Source: Gammaproteobacteria bacterium
GTDB taxonomy: Bacteria; Pseudomonadota; Gammaproteobacteria; Ga0077536
Length of the DNA stretch: 64,000 nt
Direction of reading: 5' to 3'
NCBI GenBank assembly: GCA_016191285.1
Contig: JACPPA010000057.1
Coordinates: 977-64,976 of the forward strand
Of the stretch, positions 38,143 to 47,770 are shown piece after piece. The notes under the pieces are model-generated. The model was not told the DNA's origin. It made no database searches and worked only from the letters and a program-made list of their open reading frames with translations. Position 1 is the stretch's first letter; each line of letters begins with the position of its first letter. Both the position numbers and the translations under genes were made by a program.

Positions 38143-39081
38143 CTAGACCACCTCAATCCGGTAACCGATCTTCGGGAAATGCACGACCACTTCACCAACG
38201 CGCGGATCATGGCGTAACACCGACACGCTGCGCACGGTGGTGCCCACCAATTCGCCGACCACGTTTACTTCGGCGTAATCACTCGGCGAAACGCACACGT
38301 GAGTGCCCACTTTGATTCCGAGGGGATCGTATTGATCGACCCCAGTGGCTGGATTGGGCGAGGCGGCTCTGGCGATATCGAGCGCAGCGTCGGGAGCCAT
38401 TTCTTTACGGGTTCCCTGGCCGATGGCGACAAGCCGGGCTAACCATTGTGCAATGCGCGGAAAACGATCATAGGCGCGCTGCGCTTCCTTGGGCGCAAAG
38501 CGATACAGAAACCACGGATCCCACATTGCATGCAAATCCGCGAGACCGGGCTTTTCTCCAGTCAAGAATGATCGGCCATCGGCCAATTGCAGATTGATGA
38601 AATCGGTATGCGCATCCAGTTGTGCGCGCAGACCGGGTAGTTTTGGTGCGAGCGAATCCGTGTCAAATTGCGTCTTCCACATTTTTTTGCGGTCCTCGAA
38701 AAAATGCGACGGCAAATCCACCGCACCCGCAAACGGATCTTCGCTGCCCATGTAGAGCGCGACAGAGGTGACCACATACGGCCCATGCGCCCAACTGCCG
38801 AGCGCATAACCCAACCCCGGGTTACCGTCCGGGAAGACTGATGGCTGGGGATGTGCGTGCTCCAGGACCGCCGTAATGAGTTGGGTGTCGCAATAGATGT
38901 CGGCGCCGATCTGTAAGACTGGCGTACGGCGGTACCCGCCGGTCAACGGGACGAGGTGTGGCTTCGGTAGTGCTGCCGGTTGGATGACTGAACGCCAAGT
39001 CAGGTTTTTGATGCCAAAAATCAGACGGATCTTTTCCGCGAACGGGGCCTCATCGTAGTGGTGCAAAATGAGCTCGGCCAT
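38143..39081 (-). CDS. Glutathione S-transferase-like protein (thioredoxin-like N-terminal domain)
   Basis: ATG at 39081 (MAELILHHYDEAPFAEKIRLIF...) with GGAGG SD; GST N-terminal pattern. Confidence 0.65.
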   Translation of the reverse strand: MAELILHHYDEAPFAEKIRLIFGIKNLTWRSVIQPAALPKPHLVPLTGGYRRTPVLQIGADIYCDTQLITAVLEHAHPQPSVFPDGNPGLGYALGSWAHGPYVVTSVALYMGSEDPFAGAVDLPSHFFEDRKKMWKTQFDTDSLAPKLPGLRAQLDAHTDFINLQLADGRSFLTGEKPGLADLHAMWDPWFLYRFAPKEAQRAYDRFPRIAQWLARLVAIGQGTRKEMAPDAALDIARAASPNPATGVDQYDPLGIKVGTHVCVSPSDYAEVNVVGELVGTTVRSVSVLRHDPRVGEVVVHFPKIGYRIEVV

Positions 39082-39267
39082 GGGAACCTCCGCAGCGTGA
39101 TTTGATGTTGTAGGTTCACTCGACTGTAGACGCAAAATGTTCAAAATGGCAGGGTTGCTTCAACCTGCTAACGGCAGCATTACGGAGAACCGCGTCGAGT
39201 ACAATGGCTTCAAAGACGGCGCGATATTAGTGTCGCCCGGCTTCTACAAACTGCGAGCAGTCTGCCC

Positions 39268-40209
39268 ATGACCACTCCCCTTAAAGCTGCCGATCTCAAC
39301 GTGGTGCTGCCAGTGCTGGCGGTGGATCGTGGCTATGATCCGGTTTACGCCAAAGCGGTCGAGATCGCGCCACTTATTCGCCGGGTGCTCGCGCGCAATC
39401 CCAATCACTTCACGTTCCACGGCACCGGCACCTATATCGTCGGCCGCGGCAACGTCGCCGTCATCGACCCCGGACCGTTGATCGATGAACATCTCGACGC
39501 CTTAAAGACCGCGCTTGCCGGCGAAACCGTCACGCACATCCTCGTCACGCACACGCATAACGATCACTCGCCAGCCGCCGCACCCCTCAAGGCGGCGACC
39601 GGCGCTAAGACCTATGGCTATGGCGCGCACGGCGCCGGAAAACGCGAGACGGGTGTGGCGATTGAAGAGGGTGGAGATATGGATTTCCATCCGGATGTGA
39701 CGGTAGGTCATGGCGCGGTAATCGTCGGCGACGGCTGGACCATCGATTGCGTGTACACGCCAGGGCATACGTCTAATCATATGTGTTTCGCATTGCGCGA
39801 AGTACGGGCGCTCTTCGTCGGCGATCATGTGATGGGCTGGTCGACGACGGTAATTGTGCCACCGGATGGTGACATGGCGCAGTATTTTGCGAGCTTGGAG
39901 ATCCTAAAGAACCGTACCGATCATCTTTACTATCCGACCCACGGCAATCCAATCCACACGCCGCAGGCTTTCGTCAGCACGCTCATCGAACATCGGCATG
40001 CGCGTGAACGTCAGATTGCAGCGTGCCTCACACGGGGCCTCTCGCGGATCCCAGATATGGTCGCGGTGATCTATTCTGAAATCGATCAACGCCTGCACGC
40101 CGCCGCCGCGATGTCGGTACTCGCGCATCTCCAGCATATGGTTGCGACCGGCCGCGCTGTCTGCGCCGGCGGGTCGAGCGCTGACACTCACTATCGCCTC
40201 GTGACCTAA
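39268..40209 (+). CDS. MBL-fold metallo-hydrolase
   Basis: HxHxDH motif (THTHNDH) and later His ligands (PGHTSNH). Confidence 0.85.
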   Translation: MTTPLKAADLNVVLPVLAVDRGYDPVYAKAVEIAPLIRRVLARNPNHFTFHGTGTYIVGRGNVAVIDPGPLIDEHLDALKTALAGETVTHILVTHTHNDHSPAAAPLKAATGAKTYGYGAHGAGKRETGVAIEEGGDMDFHPDVTVGHGAVIVGDGWTIDCVYTPGHTSNHMCFALREVRALFVGDHVMGWSTTVIVPPDGDMAQYFASLEILKNRTDHLYYPTHGNPIHTPQAFVSTLIEHRHARERQIAACLTRGLSRIPDMVAVIYSEIDQRLHAAAAMSVLAHLQHMVATGRAVCAGGSSADTHYRLVT

Positions 40210-40223
40210 CGATAATTCACACC

Positions 40224-40562
40224 ATGCTCGACTTCCTACGAACCGCGGCGTTATTTGCGATCACGGCGGTCGCTGAAATCCTCGGCTGCTATCTGCCGTG
40301 GCGCGTCCTGCGCGCCGACGGCGCGCCGTGGTTGCTGCTTCCCGGGGCTTTATCGCTGGCCGCGTTCGCGTGGTTGTTGTCACTGCATCCAAGTGCGGCT
40401 GGCCGGACTTATGCCGCTTACGGTGGCGTGTACATTGGCGTCGCGCTGCTGTGGTTGTGGCGGATCGATCGTATCCGGCCGACGGCGTGGGATGTGGCCG
40501 GCGCGCTGATCGCGTTGAGTGGGATGGCGGTAATTGTGTTGCAACCGAACTTAAGCAAGTAA
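40224..40562 (+). CDS. YnfA-family (UPF0060) small membrane protein
   Basis: 112 aa, four hydrophobic segments, YnfA-like sequence. Confidence 0.75.
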   Translation: MLDFLRTAALFAITAVAEILGCYLPWRVLRADGAPWLLLPGALSLAAFAWLLSLHPSAAGRTYAAYGGVYIGVALLWLWRIDRIRPTAWDVAGALIALSGMAVIVLQPNLSK

Positions 40563-40623
40563 CGTCGCGAAAGAGGATTCAACTGTTAACATGAACACGA
40601 ATGCAATCAATCGGGAGGCTCGC

Positions 40624-40908
40624 ATGAGGCAATTAATGTGGACCACGCTGCTAATCGGCATGGCAGCGACGACCTCGGTCGCGGCTGCCCAAATGGAAAC
40701 GCGGTGCAGAATTGACGGCGCGTTTATCAAGGTCTACGGCGATAATGAAAGTGAGCAACGCAAAAACTGCGAACGACAGGGCGGCGTGCTGGCGGAATAT
40801 ATGCCGCACGAAAGCCAACGCCAAGAATTTGGCGAGCGCGAACGACGTGCGGGTTCGCACCCGGGCATGAGTCAGATGCCGGGCGGTGGAGCGATGGGGC
40901 GTTATTGA
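40624..40908 (+). CDS. Hypothetical small secreted protein
   Basis: Signal-peptide-like MRQLMWTTLLIGMAATTSVAAAQ; no recognisable domain. Confidence 0.4.
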   Translation: MRQLMWTTLLIGMAATTSVAAAQMETRCRIDGAFIKVYGDNESEQRKNCERQGGVLAEYMPHESQRQEFGERERRAGSHPGMSQMPGGGAMGRY

Positions 40909-40927
40909 AGCGTAGTGGAGAGCGCGT

Positions 40928-42178
40928 ATGAACCGACCCGACAGCGATATTCGCTATCCCACGGGATTGGCTGACCTCAACGATCTCGATCTATTTTCCG
41001 ACGGCCAGCCGCACGACGTTTTTCGACGACTGCGTGAAGAGGCCCCCGTGTTCTGGAATCCAGAAAAAGAGGGGCCGGGCTACTGGGTGATCACCCGATA
41101 CGACGATATCGTTCAGATTTCCAAGAAGCCGAAAATTTTTTCGAACGCCTTGGGCGGGCACTACATCTCGTATGACTCGATGGGCATCACGGATCCCGAA
41201 GCCCAGAATGCTTTTCTTCACATGCTGCTCGCGATGGATCCGCCCGAGCACAACGTGCATCGGCGGCTGATCGCGCCGGCCTTTAATCCGAATATCGTAC
41301 GCAAGTTCGAGGACGGAGTGCGGAATAAAGTCCGAGAACTGCTTGATCGAATCGCGTCGCGCGGTGAATGCGATTTTGTAACCGAGGTGGCGACGCCGCT
41401 GCCACTGTGGACGTTATCGGAATTACTCGGCGTGCCCGAGGCAGATCGCCAAGACATCATCAAGTGGTCGAACGAAGCGTTGGCGCTGCTCGATCCGGAT
41501 TACTTTGCGTCGCCCGCTGCGGGACAACACGTGTTCGTGAAGATGTTCGATTATGGCAAACGCATCATGGCCTTGCGCCGCGAACACCCGGCCGACGATT
41601 TAACCAGCATCATGGCCAATACCCGCATCGATGGCGAAGGTCTACCGCAGGCCACGCTGGACGGCTTCTTCGTGTTGATGATCTTGGCCGGCAATGAGAC
41701 CACGCGAAACACCATCGCCGGCGGCATGCGCGCGCTGACCGAATTTCCCGAGCAGCGCCGCAAGCTGTGCGCGGATCCGTCGCTTATTCCGAATGCGGTC
41801 GAAGAGATGCTGCGTTACGTCAGCGCCATCATCTACATGCGGCGCACCGCGACCGAAGACACCGAAATTCGCGGGCAGAAAATCGCGAAGAACGATAAGG
41901 TGGTGATGTGGTACGGCGGCGCTAACTTCGATTCTGAGGTCTTCGAAAAACCTTATGAGTTCGATGTCACGCGCAGTAATGCGCGCGAACATCTCGCCTT
42001 TGGCATCGGGCAGCATTTTTGCATTGGCTCGCAAGTGGCGCGCATGCAGGTTCGCATCATGTACGAGGAAATTCTGGCGCGCTTTCCCGACATCCGCGCG
42101 GTTGGCAATTATCGCTATTTACGCTCAAATCACTTGAATGGTTTGAAGTCGATGCCGGTGGTATTTACGCCGGAGTGA
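40928..42178 (+). CDS. Cytochrome P450
   Basis: Heme-binding loop FGIGQHFCIGSQ; EMLR (ExxR) motif; AGNETT I-helix. Confidence 0.9.
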   Translation: MNRPDSDIRYPTGLADLNDLDLFSDGQPHDVFRRLREEAPVFWNPEKEGPGYWVITRYDDIVQISKKPKIFSNALGGHYISYDSMGITDPEAQNAFLHMLLAMDPPEHNVHRRLIAPAFNPNIVRKFEDGVRNKVRELLDRIASRGECDFVTEVATPLPLWTLSELLGVPEADRQDIIKWSNEALALLDPDYFASPAAGQHVFVKMFDYGKRIMALRREHPADDLTSIMANTRIDGEGLPQATLDGFFVLMILAGNETTRNTIAGGMRALTEFPEQRRKLCADPSLIPNAVEEMLRYVSAIIYMRRTATEDTEIRGQKIAKNDKVVMWYGGANFDSEVFEKPYEFDVTRSNAREHLAFGIGQHFCIGSQVARMQVRIMYEEILARFPDIRAVGNYRYLRSNHLNGLKSMPVVFTPE

Positions 42179-42353
42179 ATATTTGGGACAGACGATAATT
42201 TCGCCGGCCGGCAATCGCCGGCCGCTGATTTGCCGCTGAGGCGGCAATCCCCGGCAAAGCATCGCACCTTATCGCGTGCATTACCCCTTCTCCCCTCGCG
42301 GGCTGTCTCTTGTGCACATTTTTGCAGCAGCGACAGCGGCCGCGTGCCAACTG

Positions 42354-42808
42354 CCGTCATGCCGGCGAATGCCGGAATCCAGTACGGTTTCGCGGCGCCT
42401 TCGCGCGTGAAAAAAGCGCTCTACGATTAGCGTGGAGGCTGGACCTTATTGAGCGCACGAACTCGCGTTGGGAAGACCGGTATTCGAGGTTGCTTTAAGG
42501 TCCTCTGGATTCCGGCGTGCGCCGGAATGACGATGGTGGGGTTGCTGCTCTAAGGCCTCTGGATTCCGGCATGCGCCGGCATGACGGTGGTGGGGGCTCT
42601 GAGGCCCTTTGGATACCGGCATTCGCCGGCATGACGGTGGTGGGGGCTCTGAGGTCCTTTGGATTCCGGCATTCGCCGGCATGACGGTGGTGGGGGGACT
42701 CTGAGGTCCTTTGGATTCCGGCGTTCTGGGCCGTGTAACAACTCCAAGTGAATTCGAGCAGGAAACAACAACCCGGCACCCGTCATTCCGGCGCACGCCG
42801 GAATCCAG
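42354..42808. repeat. Tandem array of ~50-bp units (42497-42730, about 4.5 copies), each containing the palindrome ATTCCGGCrTkCGCCGGmAT, bounded by ~30-bp direct repeats carrying the same palindrome (42354-42383 and 42779-42808)
   Basis: ggattccgg recurs at 42507, 42561, 42611, 42661 and 42713 (period 50-54); perfect palindromes attccggcgtgcgccggaat (42508-42527) and attccggcgcacgccggaat (42784-42803); both flanks read cgtcatKccggcgMAYgccggaatccagta. Confidence 0.8.
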
Positions 42809-43067
42809 TAAAAAAAAGCGGATCCGCGCTGCGCGGACGCCTATTCTGACTGGATCCCAGAGTTTCGCTGTGCGAATTCCGGAGTGACGGCGGTTCGAGC
42901 TTTTACACAGCCTCGCAAGCCGGCATGACGAGTGGGCCGCGACAAGGTGCTTCGATGAATAAAGGTGCATAAGAAGAGTCAGCCTTGCGGGTAGGAAATG
43001 GTCTCGCTTCGCAACGTCTGGCACGCGACTTGCGAGGCCAGGTCATCGCAGGGAGATCATCCGCGTC

Positions 43068-43649
43068 ATGGAAATCAATCGGACCGCCTTACCGGTCACG
43101 GGACCCGCGCCAGCAAATGGCGGCGTCATGCACACCCTTAGGTCGATGTTGTTTGGCGACGGTCCGTCGTTTAGCGATGTCCTAGATCTAGTAAATCCGT
43201 TGCAACACATCCCGATTATCGGCTCCCTCTATCGCAAATTGACGGGCGACGTAATCGCGCCGGCGATCCGCGTCGCTGGCGGCGCGTTGTTCGGCGGCCC
43301 ACTCGGCGCCGCGTTATCGTTGGGCAGCATGCTCGTGGAGCCGGCAAGTGCTAAGGAGGGCGCGCCGAGGACGGCAGATCCCGTTGTTGCATTGGCGGAG
43401 GCTTCGAGCGGCCAGCCCTATCGCGGCGGGTGGATTGTGAATGCCGCGATGACCGGCCAGATGTTACCGTTCGCGCCGTCTTCGATCCCGGCCACTGCCG
43501 AGGCCACGAAGAGCCCGGCAAAAATCGCCGAGACCAATCATCCAGAAGTCAGACGCGGCGGCTGGATAGTGGCGCAGGCCTACGCACTCAATGCTGCGGA
43601 GCAAGCGGCGAATGACAAAGTCGCCGGGCAAATCGATGATGCGGTTTGA
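43068..43649 (+). CDS. Hypothetical protein (Ala/Gly-rich, no recognisable domain)
   Basis: 193-aa ORF downstream of the repeat array. Confidence 0.45.
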   Translation: MEINRTALPVTGPAPANGGVMHTLRSMLFGDGPSFSDVLDLVNPLQHIPIIGSLYRKLTGDVIAPAIRVAGGALFGGPLGAALSLGSMLVEPASAKEGAPRTADPVVALAEASSGQPYRGGWIVNAAMTGQMLPFAPSSIPATAEATKSPAKIAETNHPEVRRGGWIVAQAYALNAAEQAANDKVAGQIDDAV

Positions 43650-43790
43650 CGCCTATTAGATTCCAAGTTCGTCCTTCGATGACGATCCGTTCAATCCGTT
43701 TGCGCTAACCCGCCTCGGCTGCGCCGATCACTCCGACCAGCGCGCACCGATTTGATATGCTCCGCCAATAACTAACGCGGAGGTACGCCG

Positions 43791-44981
43791 GTGCATTCGA
43801 TTCTCGGTGGAATTCGGGTGGTGGAAGCGGCGACCTTTGTCGCTGGGCCCGCGGCAGGGACGATCATGGCGGATTTCGGCGCCGATGTGATCCACATCGA
43901 GCCACCAGGAATTGGCGACGCCTACCGCTATTTGTACAAGCTGCGACCGCTGCCGGAATGCGCGGAGAACTACCCGTGGCTCCTCGATTCGCGCAACAAA
44001 AAATCGATCACCCTGAACTTGAAGCGGCCCGCCGGGCGCGCGGCGCTTTATCGACTGCTGGAGACGGCAGACGTCTTTATCACTAACTATCAACCTTCCG
44101 TGCTCAGCGATCTTGGCGTCCGTTTCGAGGATATCGACGGCTTGAGCGCGCGATTGATCTACGCGCATGTCACGGGTTATGGCGACGCGGGCGCCGAAGT
44201 CGAGCGGCCCGGTTACGACGCGACGGCATGGTGGGCGCGCTCTGGCATGATGGACCTCATTCGTCCGCACGGCGGCGAACTCGCGTTGTCGGCGCCCGGC
44301 ATGGGCGATCATCCGACCGCAGTCGCTCTGTTCGGTGCGATCATGCTCGCGCTGTATCGTCGCGAGCGCACCGGCCAGGGCGGAAAGGTGTCGACCTCGC
44401 TGATGGCGAACGGCGTGTGGGCCAATGGCATCCTTGCCCAGGCAGCACTGTGCGGGGCGACGTTCTTCGAACGCGGCACCCACGCTGAATCGCCGAATCC
44501 GTTGATCGCGGTTTATCAGACTCTGGACGAACGCCATTTTTCACTGGTGATGGTGAAAGAGGCGCACGAATGGGATCTCTTCTGTACTGCGATCGCGCGC
44601 CCGGAATTGGGCGCCGATCCGCGTTTCGAGTCGTCGGCCAAACGGCGCGAACACGCGTCGGCGCTGGTCGCGATCCTCGATCAAGTGTTCGCCACTAAGA
44701 CGCTCGCCGAGTGGAGTGCCATCCTGGACCAGCATCGCGTGACCTTCGGGGTCGTGCAGAAGAGTGAGGCCTTGCCGAGCGATGCGCAGATGCTTGCGAA
44801 CGGTGTGTTTCCGGAGATCGTCGATTTGCCGGGCCGGCGGACGGTCGATTCGCCGATTAACGTCGACGGTACCACGAAGATCCCGCCGCAGGCGGCGCCG
44901 GCGCTCGGCGCACATACGCGCGAAGTGCTGCAGAACCTCGGCTATTCAGACGCCGAGATCACGGCGATGGCCGCGGATTAA
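43791..44981 (+). CDS. CoA-transferase family III (CaiB/BaiF) protein
   Basis: Family III N-terminal pattern (GIRVVEAATFVAGPAAGTIMADFGADVIHIEPP) and conserved active-site Asp region. Confidence 0.9.
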   Translation: MHSILGGIRVVEAATFVAGPAAGTIMADFGADVIHIEPPGIGDAYRYLYKLRPLPECAENYPWLLDSRNKKSITLNLKRPAGRAALYRLLETADVFITNYQPSVLSDLGVRFEDIDGLSARLIYAHVTGYGDAGAEVERPGYDATAWWARSGMMDLIRPHGGELALSAPGMGDHPTAVALFGAIMLALYRRERTGQGGKVSTSLMANGVWANGILAQAALCGATFFERGTHAESPNPLIAVYQTLDERHFSLVMVKEAHEWDLFCTAIARPELGADPRFESSAKRREHASALVAILDQVFATKTLAEWSAILDQHRVTFGVVQKSEALPSDAQMLANGVFPEIVDLPGRRTVDSPINVDGTTKIPPQAAPALGAHTREVLQNLGYSDAEITAMAAD

Positions 44982-45043
44982 CGGTGCTGACACCGGCGTT
45001 GCCCGTCAGCGAGACTACGTCTGAGCGAAACTTTGAAGGGACG

Positions 45044-45451
45044 ATGAGCATGGAACCAAACGCGATCGCCACGATTGAAGAATGCGCGAAGCGCTCTCAC
45101 GACGGCAGCATTGATTTTGGCTCAGTGGTCATGAAATTAATGTCGGTTGGTGTCGAGTCCTATCATGCGGACTACCGGCGCGGCGAAACAACCTATTATT
45201 TGCCGAACGGCGACTCTCACGTCGTGGCGTTTCCGACCAGTCACGCCACGATCGCGGAGAATTTCGTTGCCTCAGAGATTCAAGCCGCGGTTCGTGGCGC
45301 ACAAACCGGGACGGTTAAGTACCCCGAGTTTAAAACGCGCACGATGGCGGCGGGTTGCGTTGGCTACTGCGTGTGGATTGTGGGCGGCACTGTCCAGTAT
45401 TTCGGTCGTCGAGGCCAAGTCCATACCGAGCACTTTCCCGGCCAGAACTAG
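45044..45451 (+). CDS. DUF1398 family protein
   Basis: ATG at 45044; pattern ESYHADYRRGETTYYLPNGD typical of DUF1398. Confidence 0.65.
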   Translation: MSMEPNAIATIEECAKRSHDGSIDFGSVVMKLMSVGVESYHADYRRGETTYYLPNGDSHVVAFPTSHATIAENFVASEIQAAVRGAQTGTVKYPEFKTRTMAAGCVGYCVWIVGGTVQYFGRRGQVHTEHFPGQN

Positions 45452-45492
45452 GCAGGCGCCGCCATTAGCGCGAAATTAACGCCGTCGCCAAA

Positions 45493-45945
45493 TTAAATCG
45501 GCTCCAGCAATACCACCGGAATTTCACGCTGCGTCTTGTCCTGATACTGGGTGTACGGAGGATACATCGCCGCCATCTGTTTCCAGATATTGGCGCGCTC
45601 AACACCGCTCGTCACGCGCGCCTTCGCCTTAACGACTTTGTCGGCCACTTGCACAGTGACGACATTCTGCGCGAGCAAATTGTGATACCAGCCGGGATGT
45701 TTCGGCGCGCCACCCTTGGAGGCGACGATCGCGTACGCGCCTTTCACTTCGCCGTAGAGCAAGGGCATGACACTGGACGTGCCGGACTTCGCGCCAACGG
45801 TGGTCAGTAACAAGGTCGGCAAGGGTCCCGGTCCGCCAGCGAACGACGAATCCCATAAATGACCGGCGGCAGGATTCTTAAGATATTGGTCGCGGTGCTG
45901 GGCAATCCAACCCTTGGTGCTCGCTTCGATAATAGGGTCGCTCAT
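45493..45945 (-). CDS. Nitroreductase-family deazaflavin-dependent oxidoreductase-like (DDN/PF04075-like) protein
   Basis: ATG at 45945 with GGAGAA SD; PF04075-like split-barrel pattern. Confidence 0.75.
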   Translation of the reverse strand: MSDPIIEASTKGWIAQHRDQYLKNPAAGHLWDSSFAGGPGPLPTLLLTTVGAKSGTSSVMPLLYGEVKGAYAIVASKGGAPKHPGWYHNLLAQNVVTVQVADKVVKAKARVTSGVERANIWKQMAAMYPPYTQYQDKTQREIPVVLLEPI

Positions 45946-46080
45946 GGGGTTTTCTCCGTGGCTAAAAGGTTGTCCATCGTACACAGGCTGCGCGCGGATT
46001 TCACGGCTTTAGCGAATAAGTATTCGCGCGCGCGCGTTAGAACGGCGCCGCAAAATCGGTTTAACCTATTAGAGGAGCGC

Positions 46081-46617
46081 GTGTCGCGCATCGATGAGTT
46101 GGGCCGCCAAGGGAATTCCGAAATGAGCGTGGAAATCGAACGAGGATACGCGCCGGGTGCGATTGGCCGCATCACCGAACTACATGGGACCTTCTACCAG
46201 CAACACACCGGCTTCGGTCTTTATTTTGAAAGCAAGGTGGCTTGTGAGCTATCGGAGTTTCTCCGCCGTTACGACAGCAACCGGGACGGAATCTGGCTAG
46301 CGCGCACGCACGGCAGTATCGAAGGGTCGCTCGTCATCGACAGTGTCGACGCCGCGACGGCAGGCGCGCACCTGCGCTGGTTTATCGCTTCCGATACCCT
46401 GCGCGGTACCGGCGTTGGCAATCGACTGATGCGTGCGGCACTCGATTTTTGCCGTTTGCGAAATTACATAAAAATTTATTTGTGGACCTTTGAAGGATTG
46501 AACGCTGCGCGTCATCTATACGAGAAATATGGTTTCCGCTTAGTACAACAGCAGCGCGGTAATCAGTGGGGGGCGGAGGTCAATGAACAACGTTTCGAGT
46601 GTCGGCTGGCGCAGTAG
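46081..46617 (+). CDS. GNAT family N-acetyltransferase
   Basis: Acetyl-CoA binding motif RGTGVGNRLM; GTG at 46081 after GAGGAG (alternative ATG at 46123); the longer ORF-track start overlaps the convergent gene. Confidence 0.75.
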   Translation: MSRIDELGRQGNSEMSVEIERGYAPGAIGRITELHGTFYQQHTGFGLYFESKVACELSEFLRRYDSNRDGIWLARTHGSIEGSLVIDSVDAATAGAHLRWFIASDTLRGTGVGNRLMRAALDFCRLRNYIKIYLWTFEGLNAARHLYEKYGFRLVQQQRGNQWGAEVNEQRFECRLAQ

Positions 46618-46928
46618 CACAACCGTGACTTTAAATCGTGTGCCCAAGGTATACGCGATAGATACAATCGCAACTTGTGTGTATTCGTCGTACGGAATGC
46701 CGAGCAGGTCCGCGATGTCTCGCCCATGAACCCAAGTCGTCGTTGCGAGGAGTACAACGACGACTTGCCATGTTTTCATCCACGATCTGGAACGTCGGGG
46801 CATCGCGCCGCTCAAGGGGCTCAGTATTTCCGCTTCTCTATGTAGCGGCTAATCGCGTTCAAACGATTGTCGACCGACCCTGAGTCCGGCTACCTTAGAC
46901 GCTCAATCCAATGCACGGAGCCGCGGTC

Positions 46929-47234
46929 ATGTTTAAAGTCATTGGCATTATCAAGCGCCCGGTCGGCATGGAATTCGAAGCGTTTAAAACCTGGTGGCTT
47001 ACGGAACACGCGCCCAAGGTCAAACAGTGGCCGGGGCTGGTCAAATACGCGATCAATCTTTGCACCACACCCGATCAACCCTTCGACGGCGTCGCGGAAG
47101 TGTGGTTCGAAACGCGCGCGGCCATGGGCGCGGTGTTCAGCACGCCGCAAGGCCAATATGCCCGCGAAGGCGCGACGGCAACGGCTTCGAGCTTGGTTAT
47201 CCTACAAACCGAGGAGCACGTAATGGTGGCGTGA
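46929..47234 (+). CDS. EthD-family (dimeric alpha/beta-barrel) protein
   Basis: ~100 aa; MFKVIGIIKRP...FEAFKTWWLTEHAP pattern typical of EthD/Dabb. Confidence 0.7.
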   Translation: MFKVIGIIKRPVGMEFEAFKTWWLTEHAPKVKQWPGLVKYAINLCTTPDQPFDGVAEVWFETRAAMGAVFSTPQGQYAREGATATASSLVILQTEEHVMVA

Positions 47235-47559
47235 AACTACGATGAACAAAGCGGCGAATTCGTCGTTGATTTCAACTTACGGCATCAACACTTCGGCACA
47301 CAAGGAACCGGCCAATGCCAAAACCGAGTGAATTTTTCATCGGCATCCTCGACTTCTTCGCAATCTTGCTGCCCGGCGCAATCCTCACCGCGATTTTCGC
47401 GCTCCGGATGAATCATTTTTTGTTCGGGCCTACGAGCGGCGATTGAAGAGTACGACCCAAGCGTATATCCACGCTTTAACGCTGTATCGCCTGGGTGATT
47501 TAGCTAATGATGCCAGAGCATCGATTACTTAACCCGAAATTAAATCTGTCCCCAAAAAA

Positions 47560-47730
47560 TTGAAAAAGCCGACCGCGCGTACTGTTCCCGCCCTACTTGC
47601 CGAATTGGTAGCTCGCGCACCAGACGCGCCGTTTCTCGTTGGCGACGATGTACGTCTGAGTTACGGTGAATTCGCCGACTCGGTGGTGTTGACTGCACGC
47701 GCGCTGAGCGCGCAAGGGATGACAGGTGCC
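47560..47730 (+). pseudogene. 5' fragment (~55 codons) of an AMP-dependent acyl-CoA ligase gene, truncated where the RAYT element begins
   Basis: MKKPTARTVPALLAELVARAPDAPFLVGDDVRLSYGEFADSVVLTARALSAQGMTG matches acyl-CoA synthetase N-termini; similarity ends at the RAYT left inverted repeat (47738). Confidence 0.45.
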
Positions 47731-47737
47731 GATGACA

Positions 47738-47770
47738 GGTGCCGGAGTTTCGCTTATTCGTTTATTCAGG
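47738..47770. repeat. Left inverted repeat of the RAYT element
   Basis: ggtgccggagtttcgcttattcgtttattcagg is the reverse complement of aataaacgaataWRcgaaactccggcacc at 48811-48839. Confidence 0.75.

Noticed and set aside
42497-42730. Possible CRISPR array (regularly spaced repeats)
   Set aside because: Successive units are near-identical over their whole length, so there are no unique spacers; period ~50 bp with no repeat-spacer alternation and no cas genes nearby.
42446-43024. Several small ORFs on both strands across the tandem array, all encoding variations of ...MPANAGIQRTSEPPPPS...
   Set aside because: They are translations of the ~50-bp DNA repeat itself: identical peptides in multiple frames and strands, no start or SD context, and extreme low complexity.
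46540-46815. 91-aa ORF overlapping the GNAT gene's 3' end on the opposite strand
   Set aside because: Antisense overlap with a supported gene, and no SD before either candidate start; likely spurious.
47314-47445. 43-codon hydrophobic ORF (MPKPSEFFIGILDFFAILLPGAILTAIFALRMNHFLFGPTSGD)
   Set aside because: Below a reliable size, with no SD or homology; could be a small membrane peptide but cannot be supported from sequence alone.
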